Shown here: one piece after another, positions 45,518 to 54,702 of the stretch | How the letters are laid out: the number at the start of each line of letters is the position of its first letter | How positions within the stretch are numbered: position 1 is the first letter of the stretch | Origin: a virus | Direction: 5' to 3' (one strand) | DNA length: 64,000 bases | Virus record (IMG/VR): IMGVR_UViG_3300002063_000001 | Coordinates: 1-64,000 of that record | Program-made: the position numbers and the translations under genes | Notes under the pieces: model-generated | Seen by the model: only the letters and a program-made list of their open reading frames with translations | Told to the model about the DNA's origin: nothing | Database searches by the model: none

Positions 45518-46369
45518 ATGCAAAAATCAATATTTGAAATATTACAAGATCACAACTATCACAGCAAGAAAGTGATGATTGGTTTAAGTGGAGGCATAAA
45601 TTCGGCTGCAGCTTTAGTTTACTTATGTGAAGAAGTGGACGAGTTGCCAGAGGATATATATTTATATTATTCCCATCTTAAAGAACATTCACCAGATACT
45701 AAAGATTTTGTTTTAGCGTGTGTAGAGTATGCGAAAAAACACTTTAAAAATGTGATTTTTGAAACAAGTGATAATTCAATGACTGAGTATTGCAGAAATG
45801 AATTTAAAGGAATACCACAGCCTAAAATTACACCTTGCACTAAATTCCTTAAACTTATGCAAATGACTAATTTTATGGAAAAGCATAGTATAGAATTAGA
45901 TATAGTTGGATATGTGAGGCACGAGTATAGCCGTATGCAAAGGCAAATTGATAGAGGCGTAAAAAACAAAGATTATTTAATAGCTCATTTGTCTGATGAG
46001 GATTGCTTTTCGATAGTAAAAAAACACATAGGATGGTATCCAGATATTTATAAGTTGAAATGGGATGATAACCGTATATCAGAAGCTCTTGAAAAGTGGG
46101 GTTCAGAATTACATCCAAAACAATACAATACTATTTCAAAGTATCATAATCAAGGATACAATAATATGAGAAAATCATACAGGGTATTCAAGCACAACAA
46201 CTGCTTACCTTGTAAGAATATGCACCAATGGGAAATATTTCTAATAAGAATATTTTATCCTGACTATTACAAAGTAGCAAAAGATTTAGAGATTGAATTA
46301 GACTCATACTGGGGAAGGGCGGAAGAAATATTAGACGAAAATAGTGACTGTGCTATATGCGTGGTTTAG
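45518..46369 (+). CDS. PP-loop ATP pyrophosphatase superfamily protein (PAPS-reductase-like)
   Basis: The PP-loop reads KVMIGLSGGINSAAALVYL (SGGxxS). There is an internal ITPCTKFLK and C-terminal Cys pairs (NNCLPCKNM, SDCAICVV). Confidence 0.6.
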   Translation: MQKSIFEILQDHNYHSKKVMIGLSGGINSAAALVYLCEEVDELPEDIYLYYSHLKEHSPDTKDFVLACVEYAKKHFKNVIFETSDNSMTEYCRNEFKGIPQPKITPCTKFLKLMQMTNFMEKHSIELDIVGYVRHEYSRMQRQIDRGVKNKDYLIAHLSDEDCFSIVKKHIGWYPDIYKLKWDDNRISEALEKWGSELHPKQYNTISKYHNQGYNNMRKSYRVFKHNNCLPCKNMHQWEIFLIRIFYPDYYKVAKDLEIELDSYWGRAEEILDENSDCAICVV

Positions 46370-46463
46370 TTTAAGTCTAAACCGCCGAAACATGAGCATC
46401 TTTTTGTAAAGGTTAGATGATCAGTAATTAAAGTAATTTAAAAACAGAAAAAACTAACTTAAT

Positions 46464-46754
46464 TTGACTAAACAACACCACATATTAAATTTCATATCTT
46501 CAATAAGGGATAGTCACCCTACTATGGTGGATATTTATACTAAAGGAAGTTGCCTTCATTTTCATTTAACGCTTAAAAAAATGTTCCCAGAAGCTAAAAT
46601 GTGGTATAATGGGGTAGAGTGTCACGTAATCACAGAAATAGATGGAAAGTTTTATGATATTACAGGGAGAGTAAAGAAAGGTGCTGCTGTACCATATTTC
46701 GGACTATGGAAAAATCCATCTTCTCTAACAAAACAACTACTCAGAGTTAAGTGA
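46464..46754 (+). CDS. Hypothetical protein (TTG start)
   Basis: 96-aa ORF with no ATG near its 5' end. Confidence 0.4.
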   Translation: MTKQHHILNFISSIRDSHPTMVDIYTKGSCLHFHLTLKKMFPEAKMWYNGVECHVITEIDGKFYDITGRVKKGAAVPYFGLWKNPSSLTKQLLRVK

Positions 46755-46761
46755 AACAAAA

Positions 46762-46796
46762 ATAGCCCAGAGGAAAATAATAAATCTCTAGGCTAT
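46762..46796. terminator. Hairpin between convergent genes (possible bidirectional terminator)
   Basis: ATAGCC-C-AGAG ... CTCT-A-GGCTAT with an AT-rich loop, located between 46754 (+ stop) and 46843 (- stop). Confidence 0.4.
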
Positions 46797-46842
46797 ACAA
46801 ATTAAAAGTAAAAAAAGTAAAAAAGCTTGACCGCAAATATAG

Positions 46843-47085
46843 CTATTTGCTACGTACTTTTCTTGTAAATATCAACTTATTTGTCCAGTCCCATAGGAAA
46901 GGGTCATAAGTCGGCTGTACCTGGCAAGCTTCTTCGCAGAGTGCTCGGAATATTTCTTCAGAAGGCTCTAGTTTATGATTCTTAAAAATCTTCTTCATCT
47001 CCTCGTTAAACACTAAGTTGTACTTAACAAAAGGATTAAACTTGTCTTCTGGATCAAACACATCCCAGTTGTAAGTAAATAACAT
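46843..47085 (-). CDS. Hypothetical protein
   Basis: 80-aa ORF on the minus strand inside the early region. Confidence 0.45.
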   Translation of the reverse strand: MLFTYNWDVFDPEDKFNPFVKYNLVFNEEMKKIFKNHKLEPSEEIFRALCEEACQVQPTYDPFLWDWTNKLIFTRKVRSK

Positions 47086-47094
47086 AGAACATAA

Positions 47095-47178
47095 TTATAA
47101 GTAGATCTCGCTAAAAGTCTTATTTACCTTCCTATTCGCTCTGTCTAGTGCCCGGCGTTCTCTTCTTTTATTACTCAT
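47095..47178 (-). CDS. Possible 27-aa basic peptide (MSNKRRERRALDRANRKVNKTFSEIYL)
   Basis: ATG-to-TAA ORF ending 9 nt upstream of the 47085 start. It is below the ORF-track cutoff and has no other support. Confidence 0.2.
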   Translation of the reverse strand: MSNKRRERRALDRANRKVNKTFSEIYL

Positions 47179-47222
47179 AATTATATAAATACAAATTTAT
47201 TATGTTATTCGAGAAATTGTCA

Positions 47223-47230
47223 TAGTTTTG
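47223..47230 (+). promoter_or_regulatory. Candidate -7 box TAGTTTTG upstream of the DnaA-domain gene
   Basis: Perfect TAnnTTTG 28 nt upstream of the ATG at 47259. A single match could arise by chance in AT-rich DNA. Confidence 0.3.
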
Positions 47231-47258
47231 CAAAGAACTTTTAAACCAACAATTAAAA

Positions 47259-47804
47259 ATGACCAATCAACATACACTATCTGATCAGAGTATAGTGAAG
47301 TTCGTAAAGAACATAGTCTCATTAGATACTGACATCACTCCTAATCAGATGGAATCAAAGACCAGGAAGAGGGAAATAGCTTTTGCAAGACAAGTAGCTA
47401 TGCACTTAATCTCGGCACACACATCATTATCTTTAAAGTCAATCGGATTTGAGTTCGGTTTTAGAGATCACTCTACTGTGATACACGCCAAGCAAACCAT
47501 CCAAGACTTAAGAGATACAGATAAGAAGGTTCAGCATCAAATAACGATGCTAGAAGAGTCGGTTGAAAAGTATATACGCACTCAACTAGGAAGAACAGAC
47601 GACTTTGTAAATAACATTATAAACTCCGTTTTAGATAAAATAGGGGAGGAGATAGGTGAAAACGAAGTTCTCCCAATAGAGGTGTCGGACGATACAGTGG
47701 ACGAACTAGCTTCTTTATTTATTAAAGGAGTAGATGCGGTTGCTGATAGGTTCGGCATTCAACAGAAGGCTTTAAACGCGGCAATTAAAAATATATTAGG
47801 GTAA
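47259..47804 (+). CDS. DnaA domain IV (DnaA-box-binding HTH)-only protein
   Basis: TRKREIAFARQVAMHLISAHTSLSLKSIGFEFGFRDHSTVIHAKQTIQDLRDTD aligns with the DnaA C-terminal signature (R-x-R-x-IA-x-aRQvAMyL...SL..IG..FGgRDHtTVlHA..kI). There is no AAA+ domain. Confidence 0.85.
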   Translation: MTNQHTLSDQSIVKFVKNIVSLDTDITPNQMESKTRKREIAFARQVAMHLISAHTSLSLKSIGFEFGFRDHSTVIHAKQTIQDLRDTDKKVQHQITMLEESVEKYIRTQLGRTDDFVNNIINSVLDKIGEEIGENEVLPIEVSDDTVDELASLFIKGVDAVADRFGIQQKALNAAIKNILG

Positions 47805-47876
47805 TGGCAAAAGTTAGAACACTATCAAGGATATTTATGGAAATCCAAATAACCATAAACCAATAGATATTAAGAA

Positions 47877-48134
47877 ATGAAATATAGCAACAAAAACCCA
47901 TTTGAAGAGAAAATCAAATTTGAATCTAACATAGAGTATTCTGATGATCAAATATCAGAATTTAGGTCTAATAAAATCTGTCCTGAATGTTTAAAAGGTT
48001 CTATTGAAAGCAATGGAACAGATGATTCAAGCTGGATTTATCTCTACAAGTGCAAATCTTGTGAATCTAAATTTGGCTACACGTATCCTGAGATGGGAGG
48101 CATATTTCAAGCCTTAAGAAAAATAGCACAATGA
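47877..48134 (+). CDS. Small zinc-ribbon protein
   Basis: CPEC...(21 aa)...CKSC gives four Cys in two CxxC pairs. Confidence 0.5.
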   Translation: MKYSNKNPFEEKIKFESNIEYSDDQISEFRSNKICPECLKGSIESNGTDDSSWIYLYKCKSCESKFGYTYPEMGGIFQALRKIAQ

Positions 48135-48186
48135 ATTACTACATAGACACAGAGTTCCATAAACTACATCAATTTATAAAATCATT

Positions 48187-48543
48187 ATGATAGGGGTTAA
48201 AGAACTAAGGGTATTTAATTACATCCAATACAAATTCCATAAAGATTCTGGTGGATGGGAAGACATTAAAGTATTGCCAAAAGACATAGATTTCATATCT
48301 AAAAACCCGAACAATGATATTTACAAGCCCATCCCACTCACAGATAGTTGGTTGAAAGACTTTGGGTTTGATTCTAACCCTTACGAAGACAGATACGAGT
48401 TAGAGGGGTTCTATATCCAAGTTGATAAAACCAAAGGATTTTTAGATTTATGGGTAACTAATTGCAGATTAGACTTAAAACACGTCCATCAACTCCAGAA
48501 CCTCTATTACGCACTCACAGGTAAAGAACTAGAAAAGAAATGA
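48187..48543 (+). CDS. Hypothetical early protein
   Basis: 118-aa ORF whose end overlaps the next start. Confidence 0.5.
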   Translation: MIGVKELRVFNYIQYKFHKDSGGWEDIKVLPKDIDFISKNPNNDIYKPIPLTDSWLKDFGFDSNPYEDRYELEGFYIQVDKTKGFLDLWVTNCRLDLKHVHQLQNLYYALTGKELEKK

Positions 48544-48986
48544 AACTAGAATTAAAACATATAGTAGGGTATCTGCCTTATGGGTTAGAGTTTACAACCT
48601 CAAAACATCAGATAAGGTATGGAGAGTGCGACATATTGAAAATGAATGGGTTGTCAATTGATGTAGATGGAAAACTTAATATTGAGTTCTTACACGATGA
48701 TGATTTGCTTTTTAGTAACAATCTAAACACAGTAAAACCCCTCCTACGCCCACTATCCCAACTCACAGAAGAAATAGATCAAAATGGGATTGGAATAAAT
48801 GTTTATGATGAAATATCAAGCGAGTACCCTAACTGTAACGGATTCAAGGACTGGGTTTCGATATATAGTATGGAGCATAAGATTTGCGATAGCTTGGCGG
48901 AGTATTGCTGCGTAAAATTACTAGAAAAATACCACTTCGACATACACGGACTAATAGAAGTAGGACTAGCAATAGAAAAGAAATGA
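48540..48986 (+). CDS. Hypothetical early protein
   Basis: 148-aa ORF in a translationally coupled chain. Confidence 0.5.
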   Translation: MKLELKHIVGYLPYGLEFTTSKHQIRYGECDILKMNGLSIDVDGKLNIEFLHDDDLLFSNNLNTVKPLLRPLSQLTEEIDQNGIGINVYDEISSEYPNCNGFKDWVSIYSMEHKICDSLAEYCCVKLLEKYHFDIHGLIEVGLAIEKK

Positions 48987-49291
48987 ACGGAACAGATAAT
49001 TTACACATAAGGGATATGATAGATGGGGGTTATGGCATTTACAGAAGATACTCCGCTGCTGCAATATTGGTTTACTCTACTCAAGAAGAAGCTCAGTCGG
49101 TATTAGACAGTTGGCGTAATGCGGATAAGGTAGCTAAAGAAAGGGATGAGTTGAAAATCGAGGTAGACAGATTAGCAGCATTATTAACATTGGTTAGTAA
49201 TAAGACAATATCTACGCCATTAGACGCTGTTTCTAATCTATCTTTAGAAGATGTTAATCAAATCAACAACCACTTAGATAAATACAAATGA
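48983..49291 (+). CDS. Hypothetical early protein
   Basis: I prefer the ATG at 48983 (ATGA overlap with the upstream stop) over the track start at 48905. Confidence 0.5.
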   Translation: MNGTDNLHIRDMIDGGYGIYRRYSAAAILVYSTQEEAQSVLDSWRNADKVAKERDELKIEVDRLAALLTLVSNKTISTPLDAVSNLSLEDVNQINNHLDKYK

Positions 49292-49581
49292 ATAAACATA
49301 TATTAATTGGTGATAATCTAATACTAAATATCAACCATATTGTGTCGGCGAACTTGTCAGACTTTAAAAATGGTAAGAACTGTATTTCCATAAATCTTCA
49401 AGGCGGGACAGTTTGGACTGTGTGGGCAAACCTTCAGCAATCTAGAGAGGTTCTTAAATCTACTGTTAAGATTAACGAAAATCTAGAGCTAATAGAGAAT
49501 ATCGAGAAGTGCGTTTTGTCTAAGAGAGTTGGCAGAGAATCAAATCTATCAAAAGAGCTAAAAGAAATTCTTAAACTATGA
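49288..49581 (+). CDS. Hypothetical early protein
   Basis: 97-aa ORF with ATGA-type overlaps on both sides. Confidence 0.5.
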   Translation: MNKHILIGDNLILNINHIVSANLSDFKNGKNCISINLQGGTVWTVWANLQQSREVLKSTVKINENLELIENIEKCVLSKRVGRESNLSKELKEILKL

Positions 49582-49964
49582 GTAACCAACAAGACAAGCA
49601 AGCGTTCTTCGCTCAGTATTTATACCAAAAAGTAGTAGTTGGCTCATCTAAAAAGCCCATAGACTGCTATCCAGTATTTGCTAATGACCCAACTTACTTA
49701 TTACTCAAAAACCTAAAGGACATATCGGATGAAGATGCTGAAAATATTGCTAATATTATTGGTATTAAGATTAGTAAATCAATAAGTAGGTTTGATATTA
49801 CTTATTACTACTTATCTGACTTTACCGACAATCATACAATGGAAACAAGCGGCAAGGAAACATTGCAAGTTTTAGACTACCTACGCTCTAAAGGTTACCT
49901 CCTACCATTCAGAGAGTACACCATAGATCAGATAATTGAAATGGGATGGGCGAAGTATGGATAA
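49578..49964 (+). CDS. Hypothetical early protein
   Basis: 128-aa ORF followed by a hairpin. Confidence 0.5.
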   Translation: MSNQQDKQAFFAQYLYQKVVVGSSKKPIDCYPVFANDPTYLLLKNLKDISDEDAENIANIIGIKISKSISRFDITYYYLSDFTDNHTMETSGKETLQVLDYLRSKGYLLPFREYTIDQIIEMGWAKYG

Positions 49965-49969
49965 CGCCT

Positions 49970-50008
49970 GTGTAAAGCATCGTTTTAATGTGCTTTCACA
50001 CCACATTT
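49970..50008 (+). terminator. Candidate terminator hairpin
   Basis: GTGTAAAGCA-(11 nt)-TGCTTT(C)ACAC, a 10-bp stem with one bulge, then CACATTTTA. Confidence 0.4.
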
Positions 50009-50043
50009 TAAAACCGTGGAACACTTAACCAAAACACCATAAA

Positions 50044-50424
50044 ATGAAACAAATTATCACTATAGACTTCGATGGAACTCTATCGAAACCAGAAATCCAA
50101 GGGTACGTAAAAGATCTTATCCAGCAAGACATCCAAATATTTATCCTAACATCTCGCTTTGACGAGCTTCACAAACACCTCTTCAGACTAAATCCCACAC
50201 TAGACGACCTCTACACTGTCACAGACTCATTAGGAATCCCTCACAAGAACATATTCTTTACCAATATGGACTCTAAACACAACTTTCTGGAGAAAACTAA
50301 GGTAATAGCTCACCTAGATGACGATGACACTGAACTATGGTCCATTAACGAATACACCAACACCGCAGGCGTATCCGTAAACTCTAACTACCAAAAAATC
50401 ATTAACACCCTACTAGGACTATAA
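50044..50424 (+). CDS. HAD-superfamily phosphatase-like protein
   Basis: Motif I is ITIDFDGTLS (DxDGT). A late acidic motif HLDDDD is present. The protein is small (126 aa). Confidence 0.5.
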   Translation: MKQIITIDFDGTLSKPEIQGYVKDLIQQDIQIFILTSRFDELHKHLFRLNPTLDDLYTVTDSLGIPHKNIFFTNMDSKHNFLEKTKVIAHLDDDDTELWSINEYTNTAGVSVNSNYQKIINTLLGL

Positions 50425-50741
50425 TGCACACCATACAATCCATAAATCAACTCTACAAAGAAACAATCAAAGACCCCAGGAGAGCGAATAAGAAGCCATC
50501 AGACGTTTTAAAAGCTAAAATGCTAATAGAGTCTGGGCTAACTAAAGAAAAAGCTTTAAATGACCTTAAGACAGCTGAAAGTAACTTAGGGCTCTACCAA
50601 AAAGAAATAGACAAAGCTCCTAAAGACCGATCCGGCAAAATACACCCTCAGCTAAAGGTCAACCTTCGTAAAAAATACAAATACGAAGCAGTAAACTCCC
50701 AAATATCCATTTTACATATTATTCTTTACACGAACAACTAA
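50424..50741 (+). CDS. Hypothetical early protein
   Basis: 105-aa ORF whose start shares a boundary nucleotide with the upstream stop (TAATG). Confidence 0.5.
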   Translation: MHTIQSINQLYKETIKDPRRANKKPSDVLKAKMLIESGLTKEKALNDLKTAESNLGLYQKEIDKAPKDRSGKIHPQLKVNLRKKYKYEAVNSQISILHIILYTNN

Positions 50742-51118
50742 CTATAATTTCACTTTCCCAATCTGTAGGTGAAAGTGAGGTTAGCGGATAAAAACAGGGG
50801 GGGCTACCCCCTCCGTCCCCTTTTTTCTCATTTTGACCCCACCCCCTAATTCTGAGCGTTTCCAAACATAAAAAGCACCTTCAAACCCCGATAGGGTAGG
50901 GGAGGAGCTGCAAAAGCACAACTGCAATAAATCGTATTAGAAAGTAGACACTTAACATAATTAATATTATATGCCTATGTAAGTGTGGAGAGTTTTTTGT
51001 CTGAGGATGCAGTTTTTACGGCTGACTTTTTTTACTTTTGGGGCTGTGAGTGCAGGTCAAAAAGTAAGACAATCACCGTCGCAAATCACATCTAATCGCT
51101 GTACTTTACCGTTAATCT

Positions 51119-51823
51119 TTGGCAAATCGTAAAACACCCAATAAGGCTGTAAGTCGGTATAATAGGTATATTGCAAAAGGCAAAACACACGAGGAATCTA
51201 TACTTGAGGTGCATAGACAGTCAGAGAAGGACGCACAAATTAGAAACGCTCCATTATATCATTACAACTTTTTCACGGCCTTAAACGGCTTGTATGCCAT
51301 CCAGAAGTTCCTACACAGTCAGAAGGATTTGAAATTGCGAGATATGGAAGTGCTAATGGTAGTATACAAGGCTTGTTACCACGATAAGAACGTAACGCAG
51401 AACCCAAGCGGATGGGCAGATGCAGGAGTAGTGACTCATAACGTCTTTTGGGGCTTCGTTCATAGACGTAATGCACTCAAAAAGCTGATAAAACACGGCT
51501 ATATAATTAGGATAAGACAGAAGGATCTTCCGAGGGGAGTTGTGAAGAGGAGTAAGCCGATGTCATACGTCTACCAACATACTAAGAAAGGTGAGCAACT
51601 GATTAAGATGATTTTCAAGGATGCTGCTAAGCATTACAGACAGCACAACGACGGTGAGCGTCTGAGTTACTTTGATGAATACAATTACAAGAAGTCTACT
51701 ATTCACCGAGTAGCTAAGAAGTTCAACCGCTATCGTGATACTTTCGATTATGACAAGCCTGAAAATCAACTGCTCAATCTAAAAATACCCAACTTCAAGG
51801 AGCGTTTCCCACCTAAAGACTAA
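51119..51823 (+). CDS. Hypothetical basic protein, possible wHTH regulator (TTG start)
   Basis: 234 aa. NVFWGFVHRRNALKKLIKHGYIIRIRQKD looks like a winged-helix recognition region. The start codon is uncertain. Confidence 0.4.
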   Translation: MANRKTPNKAVSRYNRYIAKGKTHEESILEVHRQSEKDAQIRNAPLYHYNFFTALNGLYAIQKFLHSQKDLKLRDMEVLMVVYKACYHDKNVTQNPSGWADAGVVTHNVFWGFVHRRNALKKLIKHGYIIRIRQKDLPRGVVKRSKPMSYVYQHTKKGEQLIKMIFKDAAKHYRQHNDGERLSYFDEYNYKKSTIHRVAKKFNRYRDTFDYDKPENQLLNLKIPNFKERFPPKD

Positions 51824-51978
51824 AATTTTTCTTACTGACTTTCAAGCAGTTACAAATTAAATACATAATTTATTTGTATTCTACAATTTTATTGTTGTTA
51901 CTTTGTGGTAACGTTAGCAAGGAGGGAGACAAATAGAGTCTCTACTACTAACATAAACAACGACAAAAAATAAACATC

Positions 51979-52566
51979 ATGACAACAACAATTTTAACCG
52001 ACACACCAAGAGTATTTTTAACCGACTACGCAAGCTACAACGAAGGCACTCAGTTTGAGTTTGGGCATTGGGTAGACCTTACAGATTTTAGCGACTTTGA
52101 CGAATTGCAAGACTACATAACCGACCACTTCGCAGAGTGTGACGAGAAAAGCCCTTTAAAGTGCGGCAGTAGTAGAGAAGAGACGATGTACACCGACTAC
52201 GAGAATTTTCCAAGTTTTTTATATTCTGAAAGCGGAATGACTGAGGATGATTTTGATAAGATAATAGCATACGGAGAAATCAAGGAGCAGTTTGACAATA
52301 GCCCGATAGGCATGCACAATAGATATTGTAGTGAAGCCAACTGCATGGATGATTATATATATGATAACGATGAGGATTTTTTTGAGGAGTATTTCAGTAC
52401 AAAAGATGAAGCAGTAAGAGCGGTAATGTATGGGGACTACAACTACTCCGATGACCACGTACAGTTTAACGGATACGGCAATTTGGAAAGCTTTGGCGAG
52501 TCTCAAGCCCCAGTAATTGAGGACGATGTAATTAACTTCTTTTTAGAGAATACGCACCTACTATAA
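51979..52566 (+). CDS. ardA: ArdA-type antirestriction protein
   Basis: The N-terminal signature PRVFLTDYASYNEGTQFEFGHWVDLTDFSDFDELQDYI matches the ArdA pattern (vYia.L..YN.G.l.G.W.d...d.eel...I). The protein is highly acidic throughout and ArdA-like in length (195 aa). Confidence 0.7.
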   Translation: MTTTILTDTPRVFLTDYASYNEGTQFEFGHWVDLTDFSDFDELQDYITDHFAECDEKSPLKCGSSREETMYTDYENFPSFLYSESGMTEDDFDKIIAYGEIKEQFDNSPIGMHNRYCSEANCMDDYIYDNDEDFFEEYFSTKDEAVRAVMYGDYNYSDDHVQFNGYGNLESFGESQAPVIEDDVINFFLENTHLL

Positions 52567-52586
52567 AAAACCTTGTCAATTGGTAC

Positions 52587-52621
52587 ACCCTCAGCCAATG
52601 TTTAGAAAGTGAGGGTTTTTA
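52587..52621 (+). terminator. Rho-independent terminator after ardA
   Basis: ACCCTCA-(16 nt)-TGAGGGT followed by TTTTT. Confidence 0.6.
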
Positions 52622-52723
52622 AATAAAAATTAACAAATGTTAACTATAGTGTTTTCGGGGCTTTAGTCTCGATTGCTCACAGGGAAAACAAAAAAGTAAA
52701 ATCAATAATTAACAAAAGTAAAT

Positions 52724-53458
52724 ATGATGACAAATTACGAAACATTGCAACACCGAGATTTTGAAATCCAAATCTGCTACCACCATGACGCAATGAACCC
52801 TTTTGATGATTGGGACGGCTTACCATCTATACAGGCAAACGGAGGACGCCACAACTTTGAGTATTCAAGCGGTGAAGATATAGCGGACTACATAGAGAGT
52901 AAAATATCCTATTGGCAAGTGATACACCACCAAAAGGCACTTTGTGAAATATTGGATATACCACATGAAGACCTTGCAGGATATACAGCCGATGAAAAGG
53001 TAGATGAAATTTATAGTGATATAAGCAGCAGCAACATGTCCCAACTTGCTCAGCTTTGCGAGATGTTCAATATACCGCACGTGCACGAGACTCAAAGCTA
53101 CAGCCGAAGCAATTGGGCAGATGTTTTAGTAGTGGTGACAGATACCAATATTAAAGAGTGGGGAATACACCCAAAAAAAGCACACGAGAACGCAGAAAGT
53201 GCAGCACGTCTTTTTGAGAATTGGGCAAGCGGAGAAGTATTCGGCTACGTAGTAGAAGACAAGGACGGGGAAGAGTTAGACTCTTGTTGGGGATTTTATG
53301 GTAATGAACACGAAAAAAGCGGACTAATGGAATACGCAACCAATGCAATAGATTGCCACATCCACAACAAGCGAAAAGCACGATTTGAAAAGCTAAAGAC
53401 TCTTATAGCCGAGCGAGTGCCACATTATCTAAGAACTCCAATTTTAAACACTATATAA
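52724..53458 (+). CDS. Hypothetical protein with a W-x-SGEVFGYVVED...DSCWGFYG motif
   Basis: 244-aa ORF next to ardA. I recognise the motif from uncharacterised phage/plasmid proteins but cannot name a family. Confidence 0.5.
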   Translation: MMTNYETLQHRDFEIQICYHHDAMNPFDDWDGLPSIQANGGRHNFEYSSGEDIADYIESKISYWQVIHHQKALCEILDIPHEDLAGYTADEKVDEIYSDISSSNMSQLAQLCEMFNIPHVHETQSYSRSNWADVLVVVTDTNIKEWGIHPKKAHENAESAARLFENWASGEVFGYVVEDKDGEELDSCWGFYGNEHEKSGLMEYATNAIDCHIHNKRKARFEKLKTLIAERVPHYLRTPILNTI

Positions 53459-53462
53459 CCCT

Positions 53463-53633
53463 ATGAACCACTATAAAATAAAAGTCATTCACGACAACGG
53501 AGCGTTTTTAAGAAAGGTGCAAGCTATTACCGAGCAGAAGGCAAAGGAAAGAGTTTGCTATATGCTTAACGCACCCATGAGAGCAATAGCCGAGTGTAGA
53601 CAGATAACAGAACAGCAATATTATAACCGATAA
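53463..53633 (+). CDS. Possible 56-aa protein
   Basis: ATG-to-TAA ORF (MNHYKIKVIHDNGAFLRKVQAITEQKAKERV...) filling the gap between two genes. It is below the ORF-track cutoff. Confidence 0.35.
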   Translation: MNHYKIKVIHDNGAFLRKVQAITEQKAKERVCYMLNAPMRAIAECRQITEQQYYNR

Positions 53634-53644
53634 AAAAGCACATA

Positions 53645-53854
53645 ATGAACCGACAAAGCAAGTTTCTATTCACCTTATGCTCACTTCTATATACAATAGG
53701 GTTAGTATATATCTTAAATGGAGAAAGTCGCTTAAAACGCCTTAAAATGGAAAAGCAGATTGAGAGACTAGAAAAGCAGAATCAAATCAAAGAACAACAA
53801 ATTTCGGGTATGTATCAATATATCCACCAAGAATTAGACACAACATTTTTATAA
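53645..53854 (+). CDS. Small membrane-anchored coiled-coil protein
   Basis: N-terminal TM segment (FLFTLCSLLYTIGLVYIL) followed by a K/E/Q-rich helix. Confidence 0.45.
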   Translation: MNRQSKFLFTLCSLLYTIGLVYILNGESRLKRLKMEKQIERLEKQNQIKEQQISGMYQYIHQELDTTFL

Positions 53855-53885
53855 CAACGACAAATATTTTAAACCAAACAACATC

Positions 53886-54701
53886 ATGACAATTCAAGAA
53901 ATCAAAAAAGAAAAACCAACCGACACCATTGAAGTAGACGGCATCACCTATGATGAAAACGAGGTAAGAGCTATGATAGCAGAGCGAGCCAATAAAGCAT
54001 ATCTCTTAGACATAGACTTTGAAGCTCTAAAAAAGCAGAAGGTATCACTAGCTTACTCTATTGAGATGGATGAAAGGTCTGATGATAGATATAGTAGTAG
54101 CCGAGCAGAAGACCTTACTGCTATACTACACATCATTGATGCTATACAAGACCAAGAGGTAGACCGACACGAGGTAGATGAAAAAGCAGTATTTACATTA
54201 GAAGATGAGCCGACTCCTACCGAGAAGGTAGAAGTCAAAGAGTCTGATGTATGGGAGTTTGTAGAAAAGCATTACCCCAACTATGGAGGATGTAATGTTG
54301 TAGGGGACAACAATGCGTTAGAAGTCCTATTCTTCGAGGAAAAAATAGAAGAAGGTTCTTATGCCGAGAAGATACTTAAGGAAGACTACAATTCAGACAC
54401 ATCTTCTGATAAGTTTCTACTCGACTATTGGCAGAACAACCACGAATGCTACAAAAAAGCAATTGAAGGATGGATAGAGTACCATCCAAACTTAGATGGA
54501 GACGAAAGTACTGACACGTTTGTAAAAGTGTTTATACCCGACTACCATGGCAACGAAATAGTAGACCAATCACTTGAAGCATCTACCATAGTAGAAAAAG
54601 CAGAGGAGCCGACAAAAAAGCAACTCATCGAACACTATAAGCTGGAGACTAAATGCTTTCAGTTAGCTATTCGCCACTATCAACTTCAAAAAAGCAACTA
54701 G
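53886..54701 (+). CDS. Hypothetical strongly acidic protein
   Basis: 271-aa ORF, D/E-rich throughout, in the ardA neighbourhood. Confidence 0.5.
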   Translation: MTIQEIKKEKPTDTIEVDGITYDENEVRAMIAERANKAYLLDIDFEALKKQKVSLAYSIEMDERSDDRYSSSRAEDLTAILHIIDAIQDQEVDRHEVDEKAVFTLEDEPTPTEKVEVKESDVWEFVEKHYPNYGGCNVVGDNNALEVLFFEEKIEEGSYAEKILKEDYNSDTSSDKFLLDYWQNNHECYKKAIEGWIEYHPNLDGDESTDTFVKVFIPDYHGNEIVDQSLEASTIVEKAEEPTKKQLIEHYKLETKCFQLAIRHYQLQKSN

Positions 54702-54702
54702 T

